A stretch of DNA of 59,529 nucleotides, taken from NCBI RefSeq assembly GCF_001194135.2, contig NC_068981.1, positions 110,185,846-110,245,374 on the forward strand, read 5' to 3'. The position numbers were made by a program, and so were the translations under genes. Positions 38,051 through 51,239 of the stretch are shown here, piece by piece. The DNA is from Octopus bimaculoides. Its lineage: Eukaryota. The first letter of the stretch is position 1; the number at the start of each line of letters is the position of its first letter. The notes beneath the pieces were generated by a model, which made no database searches, was not told the DNA's origin, and worked only from the letters and a program-made list of their open reading frames with translations.

Positions 38051-38684
38051 ATAACTGGCTTATATAGTTGTTACCAGAGATACATTCTGTCAACAAACTT
38101 GTAGCCATTGGCAGCTGATGACCCAGAAATACCATTGTAATACTATCTGATACACAGCAGCAGAGTATATAATTCCAGCTGTCCATATTAAAATTACAGC
38201 TACTATCACCCAGCAGCCATGCAAATTCATATGTGACCTGATGCCATCAAACTGTTTACTCCTCCATGTGATAACTGTTGTCACTGAACTATCGCACTTG
38301 ATAGAATACTGACTGATATCAACATCCTGTCTGCTTTACCATGCAATGAAAAAATTTATGTCACTAATATAGATTAAAGACCCATGTGGCTTGAACTAAA
38401 CAATGGAAGCCTACTCTCACCTAGAAGCTATTTTAAATTTCTCTTAAATTCTCTCTACTCTAAATCTGAATATTTGATGGTATGGATGTGGTTATGCAGC
38501 ATACTTCTTAACTATTACAGCTATGCTTGCTCCTTGCACGATTTTCCACAGATACATCTTGTATTCATTTTGTGTCAATATCTGTAAAATCTGTTAGGAA
38601 TCTTATTCTCATCCCACTCTTAGGATCCCCTAGGAGTATGCCTCATGGTTTGCAAGTCATGATACTGGCCCAACCTAACCTGGA

Positions 38685-39060
38685 TCATCAACATCATTTA
38701 ACATCCAGATTCTATGCTGACATTGGTTAGACAGTTCAGAATCTGATGAGTTGGAGGATTGGATCATATTTCAGTGTCTGTTTTGGGTTGTTCTTTATGG
38801 CTGGACACCCTCTCTAGATCCAACCACATTACAGAGTGTACTTGGACTTTTATCGTGGCACAAGTACTAGTAAGGTTGCCAAGTAACACACAAGACACAT
38901 ACTAGGACAAAAAGTTCCCTCAACTAAATAGGGGTATATTAGGGAGGGAGATGACTTTATGCTAGATATTGAAAGGCTAAAGTATGATTGTCTTACTGTA
39001 GAGAAGATACATGATAATCCTGCATAATTTAAGGATAGGAGGGAGTAGCTAGAAAGAGAA
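38685..39060 (-). mobile_element. Decayed interspersed repeat carrying an RTE-type 3' tail
   Basis: catcaacatcatttaacatcc...ctttatggctggacaccc...caaccacattacagagtg. Confidence 0.6.
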
Positions 39061-42000
39061 ATGATATGCATACGTACGTACAGGTGTATGTATATATGTG
39101 TATTGCCTAATGGGTATTTGGATAAGGTCATGGGCTTAATTGATTGAGCAGCTCGTTTTATCCTTGCACAATTCAGTTAATTTCACTTTGTTCCTGTATA
39201 CTCAGATGAAAAGAGCATCAGCCAATGCTAGCGTAGCTCTCTTTCCCACTAGCTGTCACACACACACACACACACAATATTTTATTGGACCGAGCGTGGA
39301 GTGTCGAGATTATGTCTGCCCGATATAACTCGAGGCACTTTAGATTATTTATTAAAACTTAGTACATACTACCAAATTATACTAGCTTGCGAGTGATAGT
39401 TATGGTGGTAATGCATTTCTATGCACGCACGTCTGCACATCTATCAATCCATGTAGCTGTCCGTCTCTCCCTATGACATGTACATTTCGTTATTATCCGC
39501 ATAGACCTATAATGCTTTGTTTATTTCTAACGATGGGTCTTTCTACCTGAAATATAGCAGATTATTAAATTTATTCCTGTTTTCGCATTGTAAGAAATTC
39601 TCCGTCTTCACTCATTTTACACACACACATAAACGCATGTATACATAGATAAGTGTGTCTATATATATTTAGTTGTGTCCTTTTGTCTAATTTTCATTCT
39701 ACATTGGATTTTTCAAAAGCAAATGTTGAAAATCTATGAATTTTATCTTTCTTCTCTTGGAGGATACATCTAGCAGTTCTATGCCGACAATGTAAACATG
39801 AATTAACTAAACTGCAATAAGGCGCAACTGTTAAAGTATTAAAGGAAAGTATAGCTGTATGATAGTGAATGTTTGGCGTGTAGTAGTATCATTTTTATGT
39901 AGTTACACAACTGAAAAAGCGAGCTATTGAAAATTTTGGTTATAAATATTAATTCCTATCACTCCTCTAAACGTAGTATCCAAATTGAGTTGGAAATTAT
40001 GATTTCATACATTAAAGATAGGAATTCTATTAGACTGTAAAACATCTCTTTTGCCGTTTAATCTAAAGTCTGCCATTTGAACATAGTGACCCACTTATTT
40101 TCCATCATAACTGGGGTGATAGCAGTTAATTTCTGTCTGAAAAAAATAATTGCATTTACTTATAGAAATTAATACTTTAATCAGTTGTAACTGTAATAAA
40201 TAGCCATTTTTTGTTCTATTGTTTAGCCCTTTTTATGTTCAGAAACCAATTACAATTAATTATTTATATTTAATCTTTTACTAAATTAAATTACCCAATT
40301 ATTCTTTTTTCTTGCACATGGAACGGAACGAAATGCAGTTATTTCTTTAATGAATATTGCGCTTTTCATCTTCGAACAAAATGTTCAAATATTCAGTTCC
40401 ACTATGCTCGTCTACAGAGCTTAGTAAATCTCTAAGATATGCAATTATCCATTTCTTCAGTGAAACTACGTAAAAACCTGTTTAATGACAAGCTAGCTAT
40501 ATTTTGTTTCCTCCTGAGCTCATTAAATTATCAAGAAGATACAGAGAATCTGTTATAATTTCGCCTGAGACTTTAACCTTCTTATTTCTTCTCACCAGTT
40601 CTTAATATACAATATTTCTTAGTCGTCATACGAAACTATTCAATTCTGTGAGCTGGCTTTTGTTTATGCAGTGTCTGTAACTGGTTTTCTTCGACTAGCG
40701 TATCTGTCCACTTAAGTTTATAAGAAATGTTTCTTAGCTAAATGTTATGTACTTGTTATTTAATATTACGTACAGTACTGAGTGAGTTTCATATTTGCAG
40801 TCATGTATATTTTTATATTAAAGATTGCTATTAATAATAATAAAATACCATTCAGTGTATAGTGAAAATATTCCTAGAAAAGATAGAATGAAAGAAATTG
40901 TAAACCCAATGTAAGAGTTTTGTCCCTTGACTTCCGAACTGGCTTGGAATCATTTACAGAATAGTTATTCCGTATTATGTAATTTTCTCGTGTTTATTTT
41001 AGCAACCACCATACAGACTAACTTGTAGTTGGAGTCTAGACATTTAGTGTTTATATTAGCAACTTATACGTAAACAATTGTTCTTTATAACCGTCGATAT
41101 TTACTTGACGTAGATAAAGGAAAATAAATAATGGTAGTTGTTTTCATAACAGCGGTTCCTTTCGAAGCGTTTTGACATGTGGAAATATGGACATCTTATT
41201 AGTTATCCGATCAAACAAATGTTATTTATCAGTCTTGATTGCTATCTCAGCACCAAATTCTGTTTAGGCTATAAACATTTTAACAGCCCTTTTTATCTAT
41301 CGTACTCCATAACCTGTTGCAGTGTAACATCCGTACCGCATTACAAGATTAGTGGGAATGGCTTTTTTCTTCTTTTTAATTCAAATATTTTAAATCACCT
41401 CCTACATGTTCGTTATCTTAAAGTACTTAAGGACTAGTTGGTAGTTTTCGCTACATGCCATTTTATATTTAATTTTCGTAAATAAGTCAAACTTATTGAG
41501 GTATAATTGGCACCGCAATTTTTACCATATTTAGTGTGAAGATATTTTGTACTCTCACTTCTAGAAATTATAAAAATAAATGCCATTAACTAAGAGCCTG
41601 CCGATATTACACAGTAAATGCGTAAATTAAATTTTTAGAAGTGAATATATCTTTTACCATTATATATGAATTCAAATAGTGTTCATTCTTTTTCTTAACC
41701 CCATTTAATTTAATGCAGAGAAGGTTTAGTTAGAAGTCGAAATGCGTATGATGACTAGCAACACTTTTGAGTAATAATGTGTCTATTTGCAAGTAACAGT
41801 TGTTAACTAGAACAGAAAGTAACTGAACACATGAGTAGATAAAATCTCAAGTATTCATCACGTTCACAACCTTTCAGCTCCTTCGGAGTCCTTTAAACAA
41901 ATAATTTAAAGTTTAACTAAAGGCATTAATACTTCAAAATATCACTCTATCTCATCTATAAATATCTGGTACATTTTGTTATTTTAAGAAATCAGTGTTA

Positions 42001-42701
42001 TGCAAGCATGAATGAAAAAAGAGCAAAGTAGTTATAATGTTTTAAAGTGGATTTGCTCTATTATGAATTAGACTGTAAATATTTGGTTAGAAACAATGGA
42101 TTTCACTGATTACAATTGATTTCATTCTCAAGTTTCTGTATAGTGATTGAGGAAAACAAGTTCTATTTCACACGCAGTTAGTTAATTTGGAGATAAAGCA
42201 TTTTAGAATTTACATATATTACTTCAGCCAAGTTTAAATCTTGATCAGGAAAAAAAATTTGTTATGTTAGCCAGTTCTGTTCAATTAGCAGAACATTTTA
42301 GGATGGGATTTTTAAAAAATGGAGATAAGGAAGTTAACAATTATTTTTTCTGCTGAAATGAATTGATAGGTCCACATATAACATCCCAAGGTACATCTTT
42401 TTTTTCTCTGGTGAAATTATGCTCATATCACATAAAGGCAAATTTAATGTACAAATTTGTAATTAAATTACTGAGTATTAATTGAAACGGTTGTAAGAAT
42501 CACAGACGACCAATTTGTTAATAATAAATAATTGTTAACTTCATTATCTCCATTTTATTTTACTTTTTAACTGGATATAAATTATATGCTTAATATATAC
42601 CTATTGTTTTAAGGGAATTTCATTCCCCAACTATACTGGGTATTGAACCAATATTTCCTTGGATGCAACCGTCCCTTCACGAGGCTAATATATCCTCCAA
42701 T

Positions 42702-42738
<37 letters not shown>

Positions 42739-43525
42739 NNNNNNNNNNNNNNNNNNNNNNNNNNNNNNNNNNNNNNNNNNNNNNNNNNNNNNNNNNNNNN
42801 NNNNNNNNNNNNNNNNNNNNNNNNNNNNNNNNNNNNNNNNNNNNNNNNNNNNNNNNNNNNNNNNNNNNNNNNNNNNNNNNNNNNNNNNNNNNNNNNNNNN
42901 NNNNNNNNNNNNNNNNNNNNNNNNNNNNNNNNNNNNNNNNNNNNNNNNNNNNNNNNNNNNNNNNNNNNNNNNNNNNNNNNNNNNNNNNNNNNNNNNNNNN
43001 NNNNNNNNNNNNNNNNNNNNNNNNNNNNNNNNNNNNNNNNNNNNNNNNNNNNNNNNNNNNNNNNNNNNNNNNNNNNNNNNNNNNNNNNNNNNNNNNNNNN
43101 NNNNNNNNNNNNNNNNNNNNNNNNNNNNNNNNNNNNNNNNNNNNNNNNNNNNNNNNNNNNNNNNNNNNNNNNNNNNNNNNNNNNNNNNNNNNNNNNNNNN
43201 NNNNNNNNNNNNNNNNNNNNNNNNNNNNNNNNNNNNNNNNNNNNNNNNNNNNNNNNNNNNNNNNNNNNNNNNNNNNNNNNNNNNNNNNNNNNNNNNNNNN
43301 NNNNNNNNNNNNNNNNNNNNNNNNNNNNNNNNNNNNNNNNNNNNNNNNNNNNNNNNNNNNNNNNNNNNNNNNNNNNNNNNNNNNNNNNNNNNNNNNNNNN
43401 NNNNNNNNNNNNNNNNNNNNNNNNNNNNNNNNNNNNNNNNNNNNNNNNNNNNNNNNNNNNNNNNNNNNNNNNNNNNNNNNNNNNNNNNNNNNNNNNNNNN
43501 NNNNNNNNNNNNNNNNNNNNNNNNN

Positions 43526-44499
43526 ATATTATTTATTATGTAGATTCCGAATATACAAAAATTTTCGGTGAAAGTGTTTTGGGAGGGGGTGGGAGACAAT
43601 TTTCGGAAATTCCACTTAAATTCCTCTTAACTTCCAGGAAAATGAATATTTTTTCATGAAATTTTCTACAAATATACCTTGATGTATATAAATTTCAAGC
43701 ATGTAGGAATTTTGAAGGAAACCACTACAGGTTATTTTTGAGAAGTGTTCCCCACTCAGTGGTGTTTCGGAGCAAGTCGTCCATATTTGTTTCATTTTTC
43801 TCTGTTATGTGCATCCGTAGATTTCTAATGAAGTAATAGGCAGTAAAGAGAAGCCGTCATAAGAAAACTTTTAACTACCTCTTTTCCTTTCTCCCCTTCT
43901 CTCTACCTCTTCCTCTATCGCTCTCTCAAACGCATACACGTGCAAGTACACAATCATTCAGTAAAATATAACTCATGTTCGTCAATGTTTTGTAAATATA
44001 CCACGATTTTCACTAGGGTGTTAGGGTTTTAGGGTCAGGGTTACGGTTTTAGGGTTAGGATTAGGGTTGGGTAATCGTGCGGGTGTTAATCTGNNNNNNN
44101 NNNNNNNNNNNNNNNNNNNNNNNNNNNNNNNNNNNNNNNNNNNNNNNNNNNNNNNNNNNNNNNNNNNNCAGCAATTGCTTCATCAGAAATTGCCATCCTA
44201 GCTCCTGCGAAAAGGGATTACCCTGCTATGTATAATCAGGGCAGCGCAAAAAGTTGTTTTGCACAAGCATTTCTATAGCCAATTAGATGGATGAAATTTA
44301 CATACGCTTAATAATTTTACGCAAAACAGCCTTCAGACTTTTCCCTATTAATTTCATCGTCTTTTGAATTATGAACATATTTACATCATAAGGGTCTTTT
44401 CATTGTAAGGCTTTCTTTCTTAGTTGATTTTCACCTAGCAAGACTTATCATAGATGGCGTAATAAGTCACACCCGGACAAGGTCGGGTTATACTGCTAG
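43526..44499 (+). mobile_element. Non-autonomous Helitron-like element; 3' end clear, 5' boundary uncertain
   Basis: Hairpin ACCCG(44471-75)..CGGGT(44484-88), then CTAG (44496-99)|T, followed by (AT)n. Confidence 0.65.
44014..44071 (+). repeat. Degenerate TTAGGG-like repeats inside the Helitron-like element
   Basis: tagggtgttagggttttagggtcagggttacggttttagggttaggattagggttggg. Confidence 0.85.
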
Positions 44500-45025
44500 T
44501 ATATATATATATTTGTGTGTGTCAAACAAACTAACATAGTGTTAAACTTATACAATCTATTGTAACAAAAGAAAACTAATTTTTGATCATTGAAAATAAA
44601 AGGAATAAGCAAACTTATTGTTAACTTTTGTATTTAACTATGATGGAATGAAGTGAAAAAGGACATTACATGGTTGTTACTAAACAACAAACTAATTAAA
44701 TAACAATTGAAATAAAGGAAAATTGCAAATCATAATTGCACAAACTTAGTAAGCATGTGTTGCATTTACAGTGAGATCAGTGTATCTAAATGTATATATG
44801 TAGTTTGAAAATGATTAAAATCATGGATAAACTTTCAACAATTGATTAATGTAAGAAATTAAATAACAGGAGTAAACATACATGAACAATTGCATACTAA
44901 ACCTATGTTTTAACTACTAATAAATTGGAATTAAAGAAAACAATAAATTCATTACTCTAGTGTTACTTAAACTATAAACCGAACTAAAATTACAATGTAA
45001 AAGACACATGAACCACCAAACTTAC

Positions 45026-45086
45026 CTGCATTGCATGCAACTGTCCAATCACGTCAAAGATCAACTATTTATCTCAACACCATCAG
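45026..45086 (-). other. Candidate 61-nt non-coding exon
   Basis: ttttgatattttcAG|CTG...CAG|GTAAGT; stops in all three frames. Confidence 0.5.
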
Positions 45087-45592
45087 CTGAAAATATCAAA
45101 ACCAACTAGCAACAAAAACAAGGAGTGAATAAACATTTCCCAAATCACAAGAAACTTCCATTGCTGACATAGCAAGGCAAAAGACTTAAAAATTAGTTTA
45201 AAATTACTTAATCAAAAAATCAAAGTTTAATAGTAAAGTGTAGGCTTGAAATAACACCATATTTTTTCAGTAAATCTTTGTTTACCAAAGTAACTGTGAA
45301 CATTTTTAATGAATTATATATATATTGGTTTCTGTTTATATGTTTCATCAACTGTTTTATCTATAATACATTAACAGTGTTTATTATATTGCTGAATTCT
45401 AATAATCTGATTGGAACACATGTTATACTCTATTCTAATTGGGATGCAGATTGATGCAAATGACATTACTGCAACTTGTAATTTAAAATTATTGGTTTTA
45501 TTGTAAACTTTAGTTATAATTCTGTTGTTAGTGTGCACTATTGTAAAGTATAAATAATTGACTCCATCAACAGTATCACCTGTTCTGCTTAC

Positions 45593-45729
45593 CTTCAGAT
45601 TACTTGGATAAATTCTACCTATTAATGATTCAAACTAACTGTAATTGGTTGGGACCAAAAACATCATCAGGATATCTGCAGTGGCCTCCAAGCTGTTTAA
45701 CCAAACCCAGTTTTCTCTTCCATCATCAA
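45593..45729 (-). other. Candidate 137-nt exon
   Basis: gtttcattttcttaatAG|TTG...AAG|GTAAGC. Best frame reads DDGRENWVWLNSLEATADILMMFLVPTNYS*. Confidence 0.5.
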
Positions 45730-47164
45730 CTATTAAGAAAATGAAACTCACAAGAATATAAATACAAATCAATTAATAGCAGACTACAATTAGGAATTCC
45801 TTTAACTAACCTAGAAACCTGTAAAAGTTATGTAGGCATTATTAATTAAAGAAAAAACTAATTTCATTTTTAATTCTTAGTCCAACAAGTTTACTCATAT
45901 CATATCCTAGTCTGAAACTCTATTATTTTTCATTGAGACATACTTAAAGTTGTATCCAAAAATATCTACTATTTTAAATATGCCTTCCTCCATTTTATGT
46001 ATTTCCAAATTTGTATAAAGCATGAAAAATTCATTCTCATGCATAGTGTGAATTAAAGAAAAGCTTAACCATTTCCAGAAATTCCCTGCTATATCTAATG
46101 CTCCCAAATTAACTTGCACCTAAATTCTTGTGAATAGTTTTGTAATATTTTGCAAAAGTTGACCTAGTATACTTCCTAGCCCTAGAGTCTATTTCTACAA
46201 GGTACCTCATATAATTTTGGAATTCAGAGCAATCTAGAAGTGCATCTATTTTTTTCCTCAATTTTAAAAGCCATTTTTTTTCTCAACTTCAGTTATTAAC
46301 TTGCTTATTAATTCATTAATATCCACTAACATCACTATGTTATAGTTACTATCTAATTCTAACTCATTAACTAATACTGTAGCATATATTTTTTTTTACA
46401 TATGACCCTGAAATTCCTTGCAACTTTATCTGCCAGAATCACATGTTTGTCATGCAATTCATTAATATATTGTTTAACCTCATATTTTCCAAGAACTGAA
46501 TCAATCTTCAACTTTAACCCATGTTTCTGATGCTTTCTCAAGTTAATCTGTAAGTGTGTGTATTTGTGTGGTGGGATTTATGTGTATTTGTTGATGTATG
46601 TATATATGCATAAGCATATAGTTGTATATGCTTGTATGTATATAGAAATGTGTATATATGTTTATATGTATGCATAAATATAGTATACATTTATTCATTC
46701 TAATTTTGGATTATAGTTTTTGAGGTTGACTATATAGTACATGTAATGTCAAATGCAATATTTTTCTTCATTTTTAACATTTATTTAAATTTCAATTGCT
46801 TAAGAAATAATGGTTATTACATGAACATATAATATATCGATTATTGAAATGTGTAGAATGGTAATTTGAGTAAATGCTTATGAGTATATGTACATGTGTA
46901 TATATGTCTGTGGATATATATGTGGTAATGAACAACCTTATTCTTAGGAATAAAGAACATGTAAAACCTCCCAGTGTACAAAAAATCACAAATGCCTATC
47001 TGTGTCTCTATAAATGTAAAATATCTGTAGTCTTTCTCCTTCTTCAGTCATCTGATTTACTTCATTCAGTGCCTATCTGTCGCAATGTTACAGTTTGGAT
47101 TTTTTAAAGATCCCTTCATCTTTGATTTACTTTTGCTCATTCCTGTTATTTCTCTCTCTACATT

Positions 47165-47275
47165 AAGGATACACGTGTCTGTGGAGTGCTCAACCACTTG
47201 CACGTTAATTTCATGAGCAGGCAGTTCCATTGATTGGATCGACTGGAACCCTCGTCATGATAAATGACAGAGTGT
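47165..47275 (+). mobile_element. Short SINE-like interspersed repeat fragment
   Basis: gtctgtggagtgctcaaccacttgcacgttaatttcatgagcagg...gactggaaccctcgtc, recognised as a common Octopus repeat. Confidence 0.5.
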
Positions 47276-48426
47276 TGTAGTAAATATATATATTTGTGTA
47301 TGCACACACACACACACCTCAAAATACAGCTTGATTTAATTGCTTACTTTGGTAAAATGCATAACATTTCAGAAATTCAATCTTTTAGCATCAAATCTAT
47401 TGGAAATTTATCAGGTTATTGTATATACACATAAAGTCAATTTTAGTTAATTGCATTCAATTCTGAGTAAAATGTAGCATTTGATTTGATATGAATAAAT
47501 TGATTCTGGAGGTTTCTGTTTTTGTGGTGAGTTAAAATGAAAGCAGTCAGCACTTTGTGTTAGCAAACAACAGATGTCAAACAAGTCAAATATATTCAAA
47601 TTATTTTTAGCATTTCAGTGAATTAAAGACTAACAAAATTAAGTCTATTTTAATCTTATTTTTTATTCTTCAATATATATCTATAGCAGGAAAATAATTT
47701 TGAATTAACTCTCTAATTTCTGAAGTGCATTCCCAATCCTGTTAGAAACTACAGATTTTGATGAAATGTAGTTACTTCTGTATTAAAACCATAAAAATCC
47801 AACTTTTGCATGAATTTGGATGATATTTAGTGATAGGATATAAATTGGTGTACATTGAAAATGTCATTTTACTTGTTCTTGCTAATCTTTACCTGTTGTC
47901 ATATCACTTTCACCTTCTCAAGTAGATTAAATATAAATAAGTTGATTACATATCAGTGTTTTCACACATATTTAGAAAATACAATCAATTTCTTGTCTCA
48001 GCTGAATTTATACCTCAATAGTTTCTGTGAGCAGCAAACTACACAGCCCTCATTAGAAAAAGTATTCCAAGATATGCCTTCATGTACTTCATTCAAAAGT
48101 TTTGTAACAAATCAATGTTATTTTTATTACAATAATTACAATTTCCTCATAAACCCATCAGTATGCAGAGACATTACATTTAAACATTAAAGGTTTGTAG
48201 GTACATGGCACTTTGTTATACAAACACAATATACTATGAAGTATACTAAATGTTTTTATAAGTCAGTACCATGTCCTGCTGTGTCAGCAGTGCTTGTTAC
48301 ATTATTTTTAAGGTTGTTTCTACAGATATTCTATAGAAACTATATCCAGCACTGACTTTTGCTACAACATTTCATATCGAGATGTCAGATGTAAACAAAC
48401 AATGAGACCAGAGACAAAAATGGGTA

Positions 48427-48478
48427 ATGAGTGTATATGCCATATTTCGGGGGTTATTGCTACTTCATCAGCACCCAT
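48427..48478 (-). ncRNA. Hammerhead ribozyme copy with disrupted stem II (probably inactive)
   Basis: atgggtg CTGATGA agtag-caataa-ccccc GAAA tat-ggc-ata TA^cactcat. Confidence 0.6.
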
Positions 48479-48749
48479 CTAACCCACTTCTATCCAAACA
48501 AATTGCTTATATAGCCACCACATACAGCAGTGTTAAGTTATTGGATGTGGTACTGACTTATAAAAACATTTTGTATATTTCATAGTATATTGTGTTTGCA
48601 TAACGAAGTGCAACATACCTACAAGCCTTTAATGTTTACATACCAGTTCCAGGAATGTGTCTAATATGTTAATTGGTATATCCAATAACTTAACACCACT
48701 GTATGCAGTGGCTATATAAGCAATGTGTTCGGAGACAGAAGGGGGTTAG

Positions 48750-48801
48750 ATGGGTGCTGATGAAGGGGCAACAACCCCTGAAATATTGCATATACATTCA
48801 T
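48750..48801 (+). ncRNA. Intact minimal type I hammerhead ribozyme
   Basis: atgggtg CTGATGA agggg-caacaa-cccct GAAA tat-tgc-ata TA^cattcat. All three stems pair; predicted cut after 48794. Confidence 0.85.
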
Positions 48802-49715
48802 TACTCATTTTTGTCTCCAATCTCATTGCTTGTTTACACCTGATGTCTCAATACAAAATGTTGTAGCAAAAATCAGTGCTGGCTATAGTTTGTATAGAAT
48901 ATCTGTTGAAACAGCCTTAAACATACTACATTTAAAATATATCAGTAAATTAATGGTTCCTTTTAATTTTTGCCATTCATTAGCAAAAGCATTAATGCAA
49001 CATCAAATGATGTGGTCATTCCACTCCATTCTACTTCCTAATATAAACTCTACACTAGTGTATACAGATAGAATATCACTTGATTATTTTCTCAAATCTA
49101 AGCTCTGTTTCTGAAGTTAAATCATAAATAAATAGTTTCTCTATATTTTAAATCACTGTTTGTGGTATTACTTGCCATGGTGCTTAAAACAGTGAAGGAA
49201 AACAAATCTGAAGAAATTTACTGATAAATTGCAAAAAAAATGACATTGTGTATACAGGAAATTCTCTCTAAGAGGAAGTTAAACATTGTTTTTCACACAG
49301 AAGAGTGCTTAGTTCTGTTTTTTTATCTCTACTGCCAAACTATTTGAATTTCAGTTGAAAATTTGACAAGAACTGCATTTACTTGAGATACAGAACTTTA
49401 ATATTTAAGCAGTGAGTGGAAGTTGTTTTTTTCCCCCCTACTATGTCTTGGGATTGATCTAATTAAGTGTTCCTTAATCAGTATAACTCTAGTTGTTATT
49501 CAGTTAGTCAAAATGTGTGGAGGTCATTGTTGAAAAGTGTGAAATCTGGTTGAAGAATATTAAAGAAAAATCCTATAAGCAATTGCCATTATCATTTAAA
49601 AAGTAGCTTGAACAGAGTGGAAGGTAATTAAATTGTGTTCACATTTGTTGTTTTGTAGAATACTGAACTTAATATTAAATGAGCTATGAATTTTTGAAAA
49701 TGTTTAAATGTAATC

Positions 49716-49876
49716 TAGGAGTGGCTGTGTGGTAAGTAGCTTGCTTACCAACCACATGGTTCTGGGTTCATTCCCACTGCGTGGCACTTTGGGCAAGTGT
49801 CTTCTACTATAGCCTCAGGCCGACCAAAGCCTTGTGAATGGATTTGGTAAACGGAAACTGAAAGAAGCCTGTCATA

Positions 49877-49935
<59 letters not shown>

Positions 49936-50144
49936 CTGTGTATGTGTGTCTGTGTTTGTCCCCCCAACATCGCTTGACAACCGATGGTGGTGTGTTTATG
50001 TCCCCGTAACTTAGCGGTTCGGCAAAAGAGACCGATAGAATAAGTTCTAGGCATCCATAGAATAAGTACTGGGGTCGATTTACTCGACTAGAGGCGGTGC
50101 TCCAGCATGGCCACAGTCAAATAGCTGAAACAAGTAAAAGAGTA
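49716..50144 (+). mobile_element. Main SINE, well-preserved full-length copy
   Basis: A-box tggctgtgtggtaag, B-box ggttcattccc, central (TA)n, tail gctccagcatggccacagtcaaatagctgaaacaagtaaaagag. Confidence 0.92.
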
Positions 50145-51239
50145 TCTTTTATTGGAGAGCATTAAAAAAAAAACAAATTTTGATATCTCATTTATGAAAT
50201 TTGGGTGAATATTTGAAGAAATATGACAATTTGAATGGTCAGTGAATTGGTGGAAATCATGCCTGATTAGCCTAAATAATTAGCCATGTTTGTGATGTCA
50301 TATCTTTGAAACTGAGGTGATAATCATCTTCAAATTACATAAATTAATAGTGACCATGGGATAGTGGTTGCCTATTCTTTTTTCAGGTTCTTGGAAAGAA
50401 AACTTTATTTTGGCAATTTTTTAAATATTTATATAAAACCTATTTTGTTACTTGTCACAGTCAATTTTGCATATTTGTTGTAGGTATAGAACTAAATAAA
50501 GCCTGAAATTTTGGGGTATGACATCATTGCAATAAAATTTTAATGGAATATTTAAAATGGCAAAAACTGGCAGTTTCAAATCAGAATATGTTGAATTTTC
50601 TCCGTTTTGATTGGGACTTTTTCTTGTTTTCATTTAATTTTTTTAAATTTTGTTTTGGATCATGATCTTGGAAATAATGGGAGTAATCTTTTCATGAAAA
50701 AAGTTTTGAAAATTTGTGATTTTCTCCTACCCACTTCCCTCTGGACCAATTTTGGTCCATTTTTTTTTTCTTTCACAGTACACACTTAAAAATTATGGGA
50801 GAACCCCTTTTGGTTAAAAATGAAAAAAATTTTTGAAAATATTTTCAAATGAAAAGGTGTGTTATTTAAGGGAGATCTAACTGTTGTTACTAGCGTGTCC
50901 CATGACCACCTGGTACTTTTCTCAGAATTGCATGTACACCTAGATTAAAAAACAAACAATATGTGAAAACTAATTCCTTGCTTTAAGCATTAAAAGCATA
51001 AATTAAAGACATTTAAAACATCTATAACTTACAGCAAATTCATTAAGTAGGAGAGAGGAGAGAAAAAGCCAAAACACATATGTACATGCTACTGACTGTA
51101 TTTAAAATCGGGAAAAAAACAAACATCACACCTGATTTTAATAGTCTACAAAATTTTATTCATTGCACAATATAATTTTTATTGGTGAAATTTGGCCAAT
51201 ATTTCTCCAAAAACAAAAATGAAATTTACACAAGTATAT

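Larger units (their letters stand above)
48181..48921. repeat. Head-to-head pair of the hammerhead-bearing unit
   Basis: 48181-48546 has the same orientation as the 32 kb units. 48547-48921 is the opposite orientation and circularly permuted. Confidence 0.85.

Noticed and set aside
41860-41900. Minus-strand ctcc-gaa-ggag hairpin before GAAA
   Set aside because: No CUGANGA core or NUH/stem I; at most a decayed relic.
49716-49800. tRNA-like A/B boxes
   Set aside because: SINE head, not a cloverleaf tRNA gene. No rRNA, tRNA or CRISPR array was found in the window.
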